This document shows, one piece after another, positions 37,267-46,451 of a stretch of 64,000 bases of DNA. The notes beneath the pieces were generated by a model, which had not been told where the DNA came from, did no database searches, and was given only the letters and a program-made list of their open reading frames with translations. The stretch covers positions 972 to 64,971 of the forward strand of contig CAYUJB010000002.1 of assembly GCA_964444955.1 (NCBI GenBank). Direction: 5' to 3'. The DNA comes from an uncultured Candidatus Saccharibacteria bacterium (GTDB lineage Bacteria > Patescibacteriota > Minisyncoccia > 2-02-FULL-40-12 > GWA2-44-9). How positions within the stretch are numbered: the stretch's first letter is position 1; each line of letters begins with the position of its first letter. Made by a program: the position numbers and the translations under genes.

Positions 37267-39239
37267 GCGATGTCGTCGATACTGTGAAGCATACGCTTCG
37301 CGTGTGCCTCCCAAGTATACCGCGAGACTATGGATTGGGATGCATGGATAATTGCTTGGCGCTGCTGCGTGTCGGCGAGGCCACGCTCCAATGCCGCTGC
37401 AAGTGATACCGGTGAAGCATCGGGAGTATAAAATGCGTGATCGCCAAAGATTTCTCGATGCACTGGCGTGTCCATCAGTACTGACGGTACACCATACGAG
37501 AGCGCTTCGAGCGGCGGGAGCCCGAACGCCTCCATATCGGATACGTACACAAAGAGTTTTGCACCTCGGTACGCTGCAGCAAGCTCCTCATCAGTAAGTC
37601 GCTCCGAACGTTTGATTGCTGTGCGACCAAGCTCGGCATTGGTGCGTGCAATAAGCTCATCAATCTGGGGCGGTTGGTACTTATCGGGTCCTACGGCGAG
37701 CAATGTCAGGATTGGGTGGTGGCGTGTAATCTGTCCGAAGGCAAGGATCGTCTCGCGGAGGTGACGACGTGGAAGCCCCTGTCCTACATAGAGAACATAC
37801 TCACCGGAACGCGCCGCTCCGGCGAGTGATGGCGCAACAGCGAGCTCGTTGACGAAAATGCGCTCCTTGCGGATACCAAACAACTTAGCAACGCGCTCTG
37901 CGGAGGCGTGCGTGATCGCCATGATACGAGTCGCTCGCGTTGCTGCCCAGGTGGCAAAAATGCCGTATGCCAATCGGTAGCGGATTGGTAAATCGTGGCC
38001 ACGAATTTCATGCCACACATCTTCGGTGAGCATCACGATGCTCTTGCCACGAAAAAGCAGCGGCAGCATATAATTGCTAATAATAGTGACCACGGGGCGA
38101 TCAATCCAGAGACGAATGGGAAAGAAAACAAAGAAATACAGCGAAAAAGAATTAGGCCACCATCGAAACGGCCGCACGAGTGTCGCCCGCACATTGGTGT
38201 GCGCTATCCATGGCTCGTCGGGAATGTGCGATTTAAAATATGCCACGACTTCATACTGCGCACGCACCTCGGGTAGCTGAGTAAATTCCGTAAGAAACCC
38301 CCGAATCTGTCGCGCCACACCCCATGATGCATCCTCGAGTGACTCGCACTCGATAGCAATGCTCGGTCGAGTGCGAATTCTTCCCATGCTACCCAGCACT
38401 CCATCTCGTATACCCGCTATGAGTGCACGGCTTTGGGCGTGTTCAAGTCCCAAAAAAAGCTTGATGACTTGCTTGAACGCAATCCATGCGAGCACCACTG
38501 GCAAAAGCACGCGCGCTGTCAGTGGCGCATGCGCACGATTGAAGTAGATTGCATTTCTGATGTGGTAGCGCAGTAAGATTGGTGAGCCCAGCGACGTGGT
38601 TGAGCGCGATACAGCGTGGTCAATTGTCGGGAATGCGAGGTGTACAATCGGAAATTGTGCACGCCGTGCGCGCAGCGAAAAATCGGCATCCTCGAAGTAG
38701 AGAAAGTAGGACTCATCAAGATAGCCGCTACGAGCAAATACTTCACGATGCACGATGAGTGCGGCTCCGATGACATACGTGGCATGCTCGCGGGATACCG
38801 GTCGATACAGGTGTGGTAGCGAGGTTGCGTTCCAGGTAATGCATCCCGCATAAGCAGTCTTGCCTCTCTCGTTGATTGGCACTCCCACCACTGCCGGCGG
38901 ATGCGACGTTAACTGTGAGCGTAAGTCTCCTACAAAAGAAGGCGTCACCGTCGTATCGTTGTTGATGAGTGCTACCCAGTCCGCGCCGTGTTCGAGCGCG
39001 CGCTTGATGCCCAGGTTATTGCCGCCAGAAAAACCGCGATTCTGGGGCGAGGAAATGACGGTGAGTACGCGGGTATAACTGGCCGTATATGCCATCAGCT
39101 GTTGTTGATATACAGGCTCGCTGTCATTGTCGATCACAATGCAGTCGAACTGATCGTCGGTTTGCGAGCGAAGTGAATCCAAAAACCGAATCGTGTCTTC
39201 GGTACTATTATAGTTGATGGTAACTAGCGTAAGTTTCAT
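37263..39239 (-). CDS. Two-domain glycosyltransferase (N-terminal GT2 fused to C-terminal GT4-like domain)
   Basis: N-terminus LVTINYNSTEDT...IVIDNDSEP (GT-A). C-terminus EAFGLPPLEALSYGVPSV (GT-B GT4 motif). Confidence 0.7.
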   Translation of the reverse strand: MKLTLVTINYNSTEDTIRFLDSLRSQTDDQFDCIVIDNDSEPVYQQQLMAYTASYTRVLTVISSPQNRGFSGGNNLGIKRALEHGADWVALINNDTTVTPSFVGDLRSQLTSHPPAVVGVPINERGKTAYAGCITWNATSLPHLYRPVSREHATYVIGAALIVHREVFARSGYLDESYFLYFEDADFSLRARRAQFPIVHLAFPTIDHAVSRSTTSLGSPILLRYHIRNAIYFNRAHAPLTARVLLPVVLAWIAFKQVIKLFLGLEHAQSRALIAGIRDGVLGSMGRIRTRPSIAIECESLEDASWGVARQIRGFLTEFTQLPEVRAQYEVVAYFKSHIPDEPWIAHTNVRATLVRPFRWWPNSFSLYFFVFFPIRLWIDRPVVTIISNYMLPLLFRGKSIVMLTEDVWHEIRGHDLPIRYRLAYGIFATWAATRATRIMAITHASAERVAKLFGIRKERIFVNELAVAPSLAGAARSGEYVLYVGQGLPRRHLRETILAFGQITRHHPILTLLAVGPDKYQPPQIDELIARTNAELGRTAIKRSERLTDEELAAAYRGAKLFVYVSDMEAFGLPPLEALSYGVPSVLMDTPVHREIFGDHAFYTPDASPVSLAAALERGLADTQQRQAIIHASQSIVSRYTWEAHAKRMLHSIDDIA

Positions 39240-40309
39240 GACGGTAACTCGACAATAGCCTTCATTCGTCGAGCAAATTGTTCTTCACCATACTGACTGG
39301 CATGGTTCGTTATGTGAGACGCGTCATATGAGGAAAGGCCAGCAGTGATACGCTTCACGCCATCCGCTATCGCCTCTGGAATAGCATCGTCAAAAAATTC
39401 GCCAGTGATTCCCTCAAGTACCGTCTCGGTCGCACCACCACGGCGAAGCGCGAGTACCGGCTTGCCATGCGACATCGCCTCAACTGCAGTAAGTCCCCAA
39501 TCCTCTTCATTGGGAACAATAAGCGCAGTGCAACGATCATAGAGACCATCAAGCTGAGCATCGGTAACGCGCCCGACAAATACGATATTTGTCTGTGAGC
39601 GCCGCTGTAGCTGTCGGAAAAGTGTACCCTCCCCAACAATGACCAGGCGGCAACGTAGCTTGGCGAATGCGTCGATAACTATCTCGAGATCTTTATGCGC
39701 GATGAGACGCCCAACCACAAGATAGTATGCATCGGCGGGGACGCGCGTATAGTCAGGCGTGGCGTGGGCTCGCATGGGTGGGGGTACGACGATAGATGAT
39801 CGATGATAGTACTTCGTGATACGTGCCGCGGTTGTGTTGGATATTGCCAGCAAATGATCAGGTCGTTGGGCGGCAGCGAGATCCCACGAGCGCAGAAGAT
39901 GCCGATAGACATGTGATAGTATGCCGGTGCGTTGGTAGCGATGCGCACGATCCCAAATACTGCGAGTGGGGCTATAGCAATAAGACAGATGCCGCGTGTC
40001 GGGTCGAACAATGATTCCTTTGGAAAAAACGACCGACGAAGAAATGACCGTATCAAACGCAGAAAAATCAAAGGTCTCTATTGCTGATGGCATGAGCGGC
40101 GCCAAGAGCGGATAGTACCGCCAAGCTCCCGGGAGACGCTGTAGTCGTGACGGTCGAATGGTCGCGTTCGGGAGGAGGCGACGAACTGTCTCTGGCTGGT
40201 ACAGTAGCGTGAAGATGGGCGCATCAGGCCACAACCGATGCAAACTTTGAAGAACGCGCTCCGCACCCCCCTCATATATAATCCAATCGTGAACGAGTGC
40301 TATACGCAT
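39236..40309 (-). CDS. Family 4 (GT-B) glycosyltransferase
   Basis: EDWGLTAVEAMSHGKPVLALRRGGATETV. Confidence 0.8.
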   Translation of the reverse strand: MRIALVHDWIIYEGGAERVLQSLHRLWPDAPIFTLLYQPETVRRLLPNATIRPSRLQRLPGAWRYYPLLAPLMPSAIETFDFSAFDTVISSSVVFSKGIIVRPDTRHLSYCYSPTRSIWDRAHRYQRTGILSHVYRHLLRSWDLAAAQRPDHLLAISNTTAARITKYYHRSSIVVPPPMRAHATPDYTRVPADAYYLVVGRLIAHKDLEIVIDAFAKLRCRLVIVGEGTLFRQLQRRSQTNIVFVGRVTDAQLDGLYDRCTALIVPNEEDWGLTAVEAMSHGKPVLALRRGGATETVLEGITGEFFDDAIPEAIADGVKRITAGLSSYDASHITNHASQYGEEQFARRMKAIVELPS

Positions 40310-41317
40310 CTACGAACGCTTCGCAATTACATTCTTTTTATACACCTCTAAGTTTTCAAGCACCTTTCCCGTACCTCGTGCAACGCAGAAGAGTGGATCA
40401 TCAGCGATGCGCGCCGGTACACCCGTTACTTTCGTGATAAGCTCGTCGATATTTCGCAGCAGCGCCCCGCCACCCGAAATAACGATGCCGCGATCCATAA
40501 TATCAGAGCAGAGCTCAGGAGGAGTGACCTCGAGCACGCCCTTGATAATTTGAATGATCTCTCGCAAGTGCTCGCTCAGCGCTTCCGTCACCTCGTTGCT
40601 GGTAATCTGTATAGTTTTAGGAAGTCCAGTCGTGAGGTCACGACCCTTAATGTTGAGCGAATCCTCGTGCGCGCCGCGGAGTGCACTTCCGAGATTAATC
40701 TTGATTAGTTCCGCGGTACGTTCTCCGATGGCAAGCCCATGCTTCTTTTTCACATATTCCACAATCGCCAGATCAAACTTCACGCCACCCACACGAACTG
40801 ATTGTGCCGACACGATGCCGCCGAGAGAAATCACCGCCAATTCAGTGGTACCGCCACCGATATTAAGAATCATGTTGCCTATCGGACTATTGATGGGTAT
40901 TTGAGCGCCGATGGCTGCTAGCACGGGTTCCTTCACTAAAAAAACTGCCTTGGCGCCGGCTGCCAATGTGCACTCTATGACCGCGCGCTTTTCAGCACTG
41001 GTGATGCCCGCAGGCACCGAAACGAGAACCTCAGGTTTCATAAAATGAAACACGCCGCTAGCCCGCTTGATAAAATAACTCAGCATTGCACCCGTCACCC
41101 GGTAGTCCGCAACGGCGCCATCGATCAGAGGTCGGACAATGGTAATGCTATCGGGTGCTCTCCCGATCATATCTTTAGCTGCATTACCAACGGCAAGAAT
41201 ACGATTGTCGAGTACCGAAACGGCGACCACGGATGGCTCATTGATGACAATCCCCTTCTTGGGCGTGTAGACTACGGTATTGGTGGTTCCTAGGTCAATA
41301 CCTATCTTTCTGGACAT
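40310..41317 (-). CDS. mreB: Rod-shape determining actin homolog MreB
   Basis: [13 protein letters not shown]... actin-fold phosphate-1 and phosphate-2 motifs. Start set at MSRKIG. Confidence 0.85.
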   Translation of the reverse strand: MSRKIGIDLGTTNTVVYTPKKGIVINEPSVVAVSVLDNRILAVGNAAKDMIGRAPDSITIVRPLIDGAVADYRVTGAMLSYFIKRASGVFHFMKPEVLVSVPAGITSAEKRAVIECTLAAGAKAVFLVKEPVLAAIGAQIPINSPIGNMILNIGGGTTELAVISLGGIVSAQSVRVGGVKFDLAIVEYVKKKHGLAIGERTAELIKINLGSALRGAHEDSLNIKGRDLTTGLPKTIQITSNEVTEALSEHLREIIQIIKGVLEVTPPELCSDIMDRGIVISGGGALLRNIDELITKVTGVPARIADDPLFCVARGTGKVLENLEVYKKNVIAKRS

Positions 41318-41352
41318 AGCCCTGAATATCGCATAATTACTACTGTATTTCA

Positions 41353-42168
41353 ATGCGCGGGTACGGTATACTTGAGGGGATGCAAAAACGAAATCGCCGG
41401 GCTCTATTTTGGCTAGCCGTCGTCACGTTTATTTTTGCTTCGTGGGTGGTCATTCGCTACGCCCAAGGGTACGCGTATGATTTTAGCGCAGGCAAATTTG
41501 TTCGTACGGGAGCGATTGCTGTTACCGTAAACACCGACGCCCAGCTTTTCATAGACGATGCAAAAACTGGCGGCACCTCATTTCTTGGTAATCGCGCCGG
41601 ACAAGAAGGATTGCTACCTGGAAGTTACGCGCTTCGGGTTGCTCGTGATGGATACACCAGTTGGCATAAAACTGTCATCGTCGAAGAGGGCAAGCTCATC
41701 GATTTTCCTCACGTGCTAATTCTGCCGACTGATGACGCAGACCTTCTCGCGCTTAAAGCCGAAGCATCCAGATCTCTCAGCAACAGCGCCGCGCTCGCTG
41801 CAACAGCTTCAAAATCAAAGTTGTTGCGTGTCGGTGACTTTCAACTCGACGAGGCGCACCTTTTGGACATGCGACCCGCATCTCCGTCACTCGTTGCGGA
41901 CCGTGTCTTGGGTTTCTCTGTTACCGACGATTCCAGCCGGCTTCTGTGGTGGAGCCGTAACGAGATCTGGGTGTTGTGGCTCAATAATACTGACCAACAA
42001 CCCTACCGCTCCGAGGGCGAGCGCCAAGCTATTACTCGTCTCTCGGTACCGATTATACGTGCTGCATGGTTTCGTGATCATGAGCATATCGTCATTGATG
42101 TGGGCAACGAGAGCTACCGCATACTTGAGACGGATGGGCGCGGTGGCACTAATATCATCAAGCTCTAG
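41353..42168 (+). CDS. Hypothetical membrane-anchored protein with PEGA-like domain
   Basis: N-terminal TM. PGSYALRVARDGYTSWHKTVIVEEGK resembles PEGA beta-sandwich repeats. Confidence 0.5.
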   Translation: MRGYGILEGMQKRNRRALFWLAVVTFIFASWVVIRYAQGYAYDFSAGKFVRTGAIAVTVNTDAQLFIDDAKTGGTSFLGNRAGQEGLLPGSYALRVARDGYTSWHKTVIVEEGKLIDFPHVLILPTDDADLLALKAEASRSLSNSAALAATASKSKLLRVGDFQLDEAHLLDMRPASPSLVADRVLGFSVTDDSSRLLWWSRNEIWVLWLNNTDQQPYRSEGERQAITRLSVPIIRAAWFRDHEHIVIDVGNESYRILETDGRGGTNIIKL

Positions 42169-42210
42169 CGCTCGCACGTGGTATACTAAAGAGGAGCATC
42201 GTCTCGCACT

Positions 42211-43272
42211 ATGAACTACGCTGCGACGCTTCATCGTCTCCTGGCTTCTGCGCTGCATGAGGGTGCAAGTGATCTTCATATTGCAGTAGGGCGACAACCA
42301 ACGCTCCGTATCGCGGGCGTACTTTCGGTTCTCGGTGAAGAAGATGTTGTGACATCTGAAATTGCTCATGGACTTATCACTGAACTCATTCCAAAAGAGC
42401 GCCTCGAACAGTTCTTGCGCGAACGTCAACTCGATTTTGCCTTCGAGCTTTCCGATAACACTCGCTTTCGAGTCAACGCGTACTTCCAACAGAATAGCTG
42501 GGCTGCGGCGCTCCGCCTTATTCCCAACAAGATCCGCACCATCGATGAATTGGGGTTGCCAGCGGTACTGCATGATTTTACAAAACTTACCCAGGGTTTT
42601 GTGCTTATGGTTGGCCCGGCCGGTCACGGCAAATCTACCACGACAGCGGCGATCCTTAATGAAATTAACCTGCTTCGTACCGCGCATATTATCACTATCG
42701 AAGATCCGATCGAGTATATCTTCGGTCAAGGACGTGGCATTGTCTCGCAACGGGAAGTGGGAAGTGACACGCCATCGTTTGCGGACGGTCTGCGAACAGT
42801 ACTCCGCCAGGATCCCGACGTTCTCATGGTGGGTGAAATGCGCGACGCAGATTCTATCGCAGCGGCAATGACCGCCGCTGAAACCGGACATCTTGTATTC
42901 TCTACACTGCATACCAATTCGGCAGCGCAGACCATCGATCGCATCATCGATTCCTTCCCTCCACAGCAGCAACAGCAGGTCATCACGCAAGTCGCGACCA
43001 CGCTCGTTGCGATTGTGTCGGAACGTCTTGTCCCGCGAATCGATGGTGGTCGCGTTCCTGCTCTGGAGATCATGATCACCAATCCCGCGATCCGTAATCT
43101 TGTCCGAGAACGCAAAATCTTTTCCATTGATTCTGTTATTCAAATGGGCGCTACTGAACACATGATAACGCTGGATCAATCGCTCGCGGGATTGGTGAAA
43201 GCAAAACAAATCACACCCGAAACAGCAAAACTGTTTTCGCTCAATCCAGCGGAGCTTGAGAGACTTCTCTAG
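42211..43272 (+). CDS. pilT: Type IV pilus retraction ATPase PilT/PilU family
   Basis: Walker A GPAGHGKSTT, Asp box, Walker B, and the His box of secretion ATPases. Confidence 0.85.
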   Translation: MNYAATLHRLLASALHEGASDLHIAVGRQPTLRIAGVLSVLGEEDVVTSEIAHGLITELIPKERLEQFLRERQLDFAFELSDNTRFRVNAYFQQNSWAAALRLIPNKIRTIDELGLPAVLHDFTKLTQGFVLMVGPAGHGKSTTTAAILNEINLLRTAHIITIEDPIEYIFGQGRGIVSQREVGSDTPSFADGLRTVLRQDPDVLMVGEMRDADSIAAAMTAAETGHLVFSTLHTNSAAQTIDRIIDSFPPQQQQQVITQVATTLVAIVSERLVPRIDGGRVPALEIMITNPAIRNLVRERKIFSIDSVIQMGATEHMITLDQSLAGLVKAKQITPETAKLFSLNPAELERLL

Positions 43273-43669
43273 CGCCTTGCAGTGTCACAATGGGAATACT
43301 GCGGAGTTGTGCGCGTAGTGAGTAGGCATGCGGTATAAGGGATGTCAGAAGTTCCCAGAAGGCCCGTGAGTGGTTCAGGTGCACGGTGTGGCATAGCTCA
43401 TGGAGCACTATATAATCAGCAAGCTCCGGCGTGAGTCCAACCAGGCGCCAATTGAAATTGAGGTTCTTCTTTGAGCTACAACTTCCCCACGAGCCACGCG
43501 TGTTTTTGATTCGAACTTGACCGTACGCAAACGGATGGATTGCTGTCCAGTGCGCCAAGCGAGCGTACACCAAACTACGGGCGTTCTCTTTGTGCTGGCG
43601 ATACAGACCCACGCCGGATTGCTTCCGGCGTGGGTGTCTTCGTTTCACGATAAATCCAAACAGTCGCAC
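43241..43669 (-). CDS. YgjP-like (DUF45) zinc metallohydrolase, apparently N-terminally short
   Basis: WGSCS...YIVLHELCHTVHLNHSRAFWELL (HExxH). Convergent 32-nt overlap with the pilT 3' end. Confidence 0.6.
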   Translation of the reverse strand: MRLFGFIVKRRHPRRKQSGVGLYRQHKENARSLVYARLAHWTAIHPFAYGQVRIKNTRGSWGSCSSKKNLNFNWRLVGLTPELADYIVLHELCHTVHLNHSRAFWELLTSLIPHAYSLRAQLRSIPIVTLQGAREVSQAPLD

Positions 43670-43739
43670 CCTTACTTCTTTGCTTTCTTGGGCTTGCGTG
43701 TCTCGCGCTTTTGCGATTGATGTCCTTTTGCCATAGAGC

Positions 43740-44282
43740 TTAGTTAGTTTTTACCAGTTTCCCATCTTGCACCTTCAGTAGTACAGATGTTCCAACGGAA
43801 GGAAGCACAGAGAACGGCTCGCCATCGCGACGCACTGCATAGTTTACGATGAGTGAGCCATCACGATACTCCGTCGACTGTGGCGCAATGCGATCTCCGA
43901 GCAAGTATGGCTGTGTGGTGTGCGTGCCACCCCTATCTACGGCGAGTGCAGCAACCACGATATAGAAGATACCAGAACCGCCGTTGTTTTGCGTCATCAA
44001 GAATGCGGAGTCCTGCTTGCCATCGCCATCGAAGTCGCCAACGACTCCATTGCCGAAAATGCGCGTAGTAGTTATATCGCTGGAACCCATCCCTCCCTGC
44101 ATGACTGAGATGCCATCAACGAGCTTCACGTCCTGTCCAGCGATACGATAGGTCGCATTGCGATAATCCTCTACAACAGGCGCTTCATCACTAGTGCGTT
44201 TGTCGACGACGTACACTTTGTACAAGCTGCCGACGATCACAACGATGAGCAGTACCGCGAGTGTCCAGAGGTATTTTTTCAT
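43740..44282 (-). CDS. Hypothetical exported protein
   Basis: Signal-peptide-like N-terminus MKKYLWTLAVLLIVVIVGS. No motif. Confidence 0.45.
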   Translation of the reverse strand: MKKYLWTLAVLLIVVIVGSLYKVYVVDKRTSDEAPVVEDYRNATYRIAGQDVKLVDGISVMQGGMGSSDITTTRIFGNGVVGDFDGDGKQDSAFLMTQNNGGSGIFYIVVAALAVDRGGTHTTQPYLLGDRIAPQSTEYRDGSLIVNYAVRRDGEPFSVLPSVGTSVLLKVQDGKLVKTN

Positions 44283-44305
44283 AGTTCTTCTAGTATACAC
44301 GATGA

Positions 44306-44506
44306 CTAACGACTACGCATCCCCTGTTTGAGCCACCACCCGATCAAATAGATCGCAGCGACAGCGAAAATGACCACGACCGTAGTCAGGTGGATGTAGA
44401 AGAACACAAAATACGATACTCCCAGGATCACTCCGAGTGATATCAGGCACACCTTAACAATCGCTACCTGCCACCACGCGAGTGTCACCGGTTTAAATAT
44501 TCTCAT
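44306..44506 (-). CDS. Hypothetical small membrane protein (66 aa)
   Basis: Two hydrophobic helices. Weak evidence only. Confidence 0.3.
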   Translation of the reverse strand: MRIFKPVTLAWWQVAIVKVCLISLGVILGVSYFVFFYIHLTTVVVIFAVAAIYLIGWWLKQGMRSR

Positions 44507-44511
44507 TAGTT

Positions 44512-45081
44512 CTACTCAGTAGGAGACGGAGTCGCGGTCACTCTTGCTGCGGCGAAAGCAGTATCACGAGCTGTCTCGCAGGTTGCGAGGGTGGCTGTAT
44601 AAGCGCCCTTAGCGGTTTGGAGTGCGCTCTTAGCGGACGCCTCCGCAGACGCCATGGAAGCCTTGCTAGCGGCTTGTGCGGCGGTCATGGTGGCCGAGTA
44701 GGTGTCCTTTGCGGACTTAACGAGCGCCTCATCACCCTTGGCTGCGACGACGGCGTTTCTACGAATTTGGTTGGCAGCTTTCTTTGCGTCACTCAGCGTT
44801 ACCTTCGCGGTTTTGCGGGCGTCGTTAAGCGACTGGCGAGTCCCACGTTCTGCGGTCTGTAGTGTGCGCTTGGCATCATTACGACATATTGCGAATGCCT
44901 TCTTGGCGATAGAAACGCGAACTTCCTTTGGCATGTTGTTTTCGATGCGAAGCTCTTGGCGTTCTGTTTTCTTCGTTCCTACCTCAACGCTCTTCTCACT
45001 ATCATTTCGTGCTGCACTCACAGGAAGCGTCACCGCCAGCGAGAATCCGACTATTGATGCCACGAGAATATATTTGTTCAT
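44512..45081 (-). CDS. Hypothetical exported Ala/Lys-rich helical protein
   Basis: Signal peptide (ASIVGFSLAVTLPVSAA) followed by a low-complexity A/K-rich coiled region. Confidence 0.45.
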   Translation of the reverse strand: MNKYILVASIVGFSLAVTLPVSAARNDSEKSVEVGTKKTERQELRIENNMPKEVRVSIAKKAFAICRNDAKRTLQTAERGTRQSLNDARKTAKVTLSDAKKAANQIRRNAVVAAKGDEALVKSAKDTYSATMTAAQAASKASMASAEASAKSALQTAKGAYTATLATCETARDTAFAAARVTATPSPTE

Positions 45082-45137
45082 ATGGTCATACTACCACAAC
45101 CACCCCGAGAGGGGTGGTTGGTAATGTCCACAGCGTG

Positions 45138-45716
45138 CTAGCGTTTTGCCCAGCGTGGACCCTTGCGCGATTTCTTGAGACCAGGCATCTTGCGTTCCAC
45201 CTTGCGAGAATCGCGAGTGAGGAATCCTGCCTTCTTGAGCTTCTTGCGGAAGTTGGCATCGAACAACTCGAGTGTACGAGAAATACCGTGCCGGACTGCA
45301 TCGGCCTGGCCAGAAATTCCCCCGCCATTTACAAGTACAGTAACCTTGAAGCGCGAGAGCGACTTGAGGCGGCGCAGTGGTGTTTCCACGCGCATCACGA
45401 GGTTCTTATCCAAAAAGTAGTCCGTGTAGTCTTTCCCGTTGATGGTCATCAATGCACTATCTTCGGTGATCTTATCGCCTGCCTTGCGAGTCATAAGACG
45501 CACGCGTGCCACGGAACGCTTTCGGCGGCCGACAGATTCATAGTATTTCTCACGTGCACCTTCGGCGAGCTCTTCGAGCACGAGCGGTGCAGTTTCAATG
45601 TCATCATCCTCACGAGAAACGGTGTCCACAAATGTGGTGGGCATGATCATAGCCGGCTCAGGTGCGGACTTGTGTGCGGTGCGGGATCCAGATTTTGATG
45701 CGGTCTTCGGTGGCAT
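45138..45716 (-). CDS. rpsI: 30S ribosomal protein S9 with N-terminal extension of about 60 aa
   Basis: C-terminal core YYESVGRRKRSVARV...KSRKGPRWAKR. Start set at MPPKTA. Confidence 0.85.
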   Translation of the reverse strand: MPPKTASKSGSRTAHKSAPEPAMIMPTTFVDTVSREDDDIETAPLVLEELAEGAREKYYESVGRRKRSVARVRLMTRKAGDKITEDSALMTINGKDYTDYFLDKNLVMRVETPLRRLKSLSRFKVTVLVNGGGISGQADAVRHGISRTLELFDANFRKKLKKAGFLTRDSRKVERKMPGLKKSRKGPRWAKR

Positions 45717-45717
45717 A

Positions 45718-46074
45718 TTATTTAACAATAATGTGGTTGAGTAAAATATCGCGCTGACGATTTTCGGGAAGCATGCCACGTACTACTTTGCGTAGCACTT
45801 GCACCTTGTTGCGTGCCCAGGCCTCTTCCAGGGTGCGCTCTTTGAGTCCACCCGGAAAACCTGAGTGTCGGTAGTAGACTTTGGAAGCTGCCTTCGTGCC
45901 CTTGAAGACAATGCCCTCAAGATTATGCACAACAACCTGCACGTCGGGAATAATATTGGGAGTCCAGTCAGGAGTATCTTTGCCGCGCAACGCCATAGCA
46001 ATCTTGGTTGCCATGCGACCGAGAGACTGGTTGGTTGCGTCAATTTCGATGACTTTCATCGGTTTAGGAAACAA
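45718..46074 (-). CDS. rplM: 50S ribosomal protein L13
   Basis: MKVIEIDATNQSLGRMATKIAMALRGK. Confidence 0.9.
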   Translation of the reverse strand: MFPKPMKVIEIDATNQSLGRMATKIAMALRGKDTPDWTPNIIPDVQVVVHNLEGIVFKGTKAASKVYYRHSGFPGGLKERTLEEAWARNKVQVLRKVVRGMLPENRQRDILLNHIIVK

Positions 46075-46411
46075 ATTCTACAATTGCTACCGGAGAACCA
46101 TCCGAACCACGACGACCAAGTTTGATGACACGCGTGTAGCCACCCGCACGATCAGTAAACTTTGGAGCAATTTCCTTTGACAACTTAGCTGCAGCATCGG
46201 CACCCACAGAACGCAAGAGTAAGCGGCGGGAAGCGAGTGTGCCGCGCTTGGCTTGCGTGACCGCTTTATCAGCAATCGTCTTGAGAGTTTTAGCGCGCGC
46301 CGTCGTGGTTTTGATTTTGCCGTGCGCAACAAGCGCAGTCAACAGGCCCTTCAGAAAGGCTTTGCGTTGCTGCATCTCTCGTCCGAATGTGCGCTTGTTA
46401 CCTCGTTTCAT
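46064..46411 (-). CDS. rplQ: 50S ribosomal protein L17
   Basis: RKAFLKGLLTALVAHGKIKTT..ARAKTL. Confidence 0.9.
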   Translation of the reverse strand: MKRGNKRTFGREMQQRKAFLKGLLTALVAHGKIKTTTARAKTLKTIADKAVTQAKRGTLASRRLLLRSVGADAAAKLSKEIAPKFTDRAGGYTRVIKLGRRGSDGSPVAIVEFVS

Positions 46412-46451
46412 AAGTGTCCAATGATATCACGATTGACTCGATTCGTCCAGG

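Noticed and set aside
41887-43209. 440-aa minus-strand ORF spanning almost all of pilT
   Set aside because: It is antisense to a well-supported PilT gene with all ATPase motifs. Its translation is low-complexity and Arg/Cys/His-rich, with no motif and no RBS. Long antisense ORFs of this kind are typical artefacts in GC-rich coding sequence.
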